Shown here piece after piece: positions 44,695 to 46,395 of a stretch of DNA of 46,395 nucleotides. The stretch comes from a virus (taxonomy: Duplodnaviria > Caudoviricetes): the IMG/VR virus record IMGVR_UViG_3300024265_000092, positions 1 through 46,395 of that record; one strand, 5' to 3'. A model generated the notes under the pieces. That model made no database searches and was not told where the DNA came from. It saw only the letters and a program-made list of their open reading frames with translations. Made by a program: the position numbers and the translations under genes. How positions within the stretch are numbered: the stretch's first letter is position 1; each line of letters begins with the position of its first letter.

Positions 44695-46052
44695 TTATAA
44701 AAATGAAACTTCAGCAGCAGGTGCTGTGGCTTCGATTGTTGGAACATCTGCGAACATCATATCAACTGTGGAACTTTGTGCAACATCTTTTTCAACAGTT
44801 GGTTGATAATCACGACTGACTTTCTGCAGCGAATCCTTACCAGCTTTCACAGCGATATAGTCACGCTCGATCTTGGTCTTCTGCTCAGGGGTCAAAGACG
44901 CCAGCTTCATCACAGCAGCAGGGCTGATCAGCTTGGCGGGGTACATCTCATCCTTTTTGACCCGTCGAGCCTTGAGCATCTTGACGATGCCGTCTTCATC
45001 CTGGGACCACACCTTCGCGTTCTTACCCGGTAACATCGCGTAACCAGGTACCGATGTGCCTTGCTCGATGCGCTCTTGGATCTCAGTCTTGACTTTGCCG
45101 AACGCAGCCATCAGGCCATCTTCAGCGCTGGCCAGCTCGCTCAGCTGCTCGACGGTGAGCGACTTCGGATCTGCTACCGCTTTGCTGATGTACTCGAACA
45201 GGTGCTGATTACCACCGTCACTCACAATCAGATTTGTATCACTCATGGACTCCACCACTTTTAAACTCTTCTCAGCATCAGCAGTGCAGTGACCGCCTCG
45301 CTTGGGGTTAGCTTTACACCACTGGCAGTGTTTGCCTGCGGTTAACGGTGCGTCAGGGTCGTCAGTCGCGTTGGCAGCAACAGCCATACCTTCAGCAGCA
45401 CTGACCACTGACTGCACAGTGATCCCATCTTCAGGTCGCGTGGTGCACTGGTACCGCACAACTGGGTTGGTCTTCGGCTGCACAATTGACATGCGAACAT
45501 GCCCTGGTGGGACCATCGGTGGTCGAGGCATCTTACCGTACAGGTAGCTGATCAACTGAGTGTTGTCCTTCTCAGTGACATAACCACGACCGTCTTTGTA
45601 GTCGCACACTTCAAGAAAGTAGACGAACCCAGTCTCAGGGTTGAACGCGGTGATCGTGATGTCACACGTGCCCCACCAGTCATCACGACCGAACACTTCA
45701 CCGGGGTTCGACTTGCACTCAGCTTCGACAGTCACTTCGCAACGGGGGAACTGTTGCTTCAGCTCAGCGACGCGACGACTGACATAGTCGAGGCACATCT
45801 GCACGCGTGCGATTCGAGCAGGGTCAACCAACCAACCGTTAGGGTTGTCGTGATGGTTGGCACCGATGATCTGCTGGTCGTACTGAATCGCAGGCACACC
45901 GTTGATCAGGCACATCTCAAGCAGTTCGTGTGAACCGGTACCATCGATCGCTGCTTCACCTGCGACGTCCTGATAGCCAGACTCCATTCGCACAGAGCCT
46001 GCACAGTTCGGCCAGCGGTGGTTGCTCGGCCCTAGTCGAGCGTGACCCTCGC

Positions 46053-46056
<4 letters not shown>
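44695..46056 (-). CDS. DUF2800 Cas4-like PD-(D/E)xK exonuclease
   Basis: HA.LGPS..RW..C.GS, A..GT..HE, WGT.D, DYK.G.G, N.QL..Y, C.WCKA.....C. Confidence 0.88.
44756..44786 (-). promoter_or_regulatory. Internal promoter/operator upstream of ssb
   Basis: ATGTTGCACAAAGTTCCACAGT-TG-A-TATGAT (extended -10), nearly identical to the 41577-41600 element. Confidence 0.5.

Positions 46057-46395
<339 letters not shown>

Overview
The window is an apparently complete, circularly assembled ~46.2-kb tailed-phage genome; the first 145 nt recur at 46206-46395 with a 45-nt longer Ala/Pro-codon repeat. The + arm carries a primase-helicase, small early ORFs, an ATP-dependent DNA ligase, an antisense tRNA-Pro(UGG) directly before an RtcB RNA ligase, an iteron-like non-coding region and the terminase genes. 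It continues with a BPP-1/APSE-like podovirus structural module (portal, scaffold, capsid, cement, tail tube A/B, ejection proteins including a 2841-aa polyvalent protein, tail spike) and a lysis cassette. The - arm carries a DUF2800 nuclease, DUF2815 SSB, family-B DNA polymerase, a repeat protein, VRR-NUC, a C5 DNA methyltransferase and an SNF2 helicase. I saw no integrase, RNA polymerase, reverse transcriptase/DGR or CRISPR array. The strongest leads are: (1) a shared V-[SN]-F-[LMF] peptide at the C-terminus of several unrelated DNA-handling proteins; (2) an ejected polyprotein with ADP-ribosyltransferase-like cassettes bounded by [LI]LxQ, one nested inside a zincin peptidase; (3) the tRNA-Pro(A37)/RtcB locus; (4) a six-site promoter-spacer operator with an RHH candidate regulator; (5) an overlapping-frame methyltransferase beta-like ORF. 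All family calls come from motif recognition by eye; no database searches were run.
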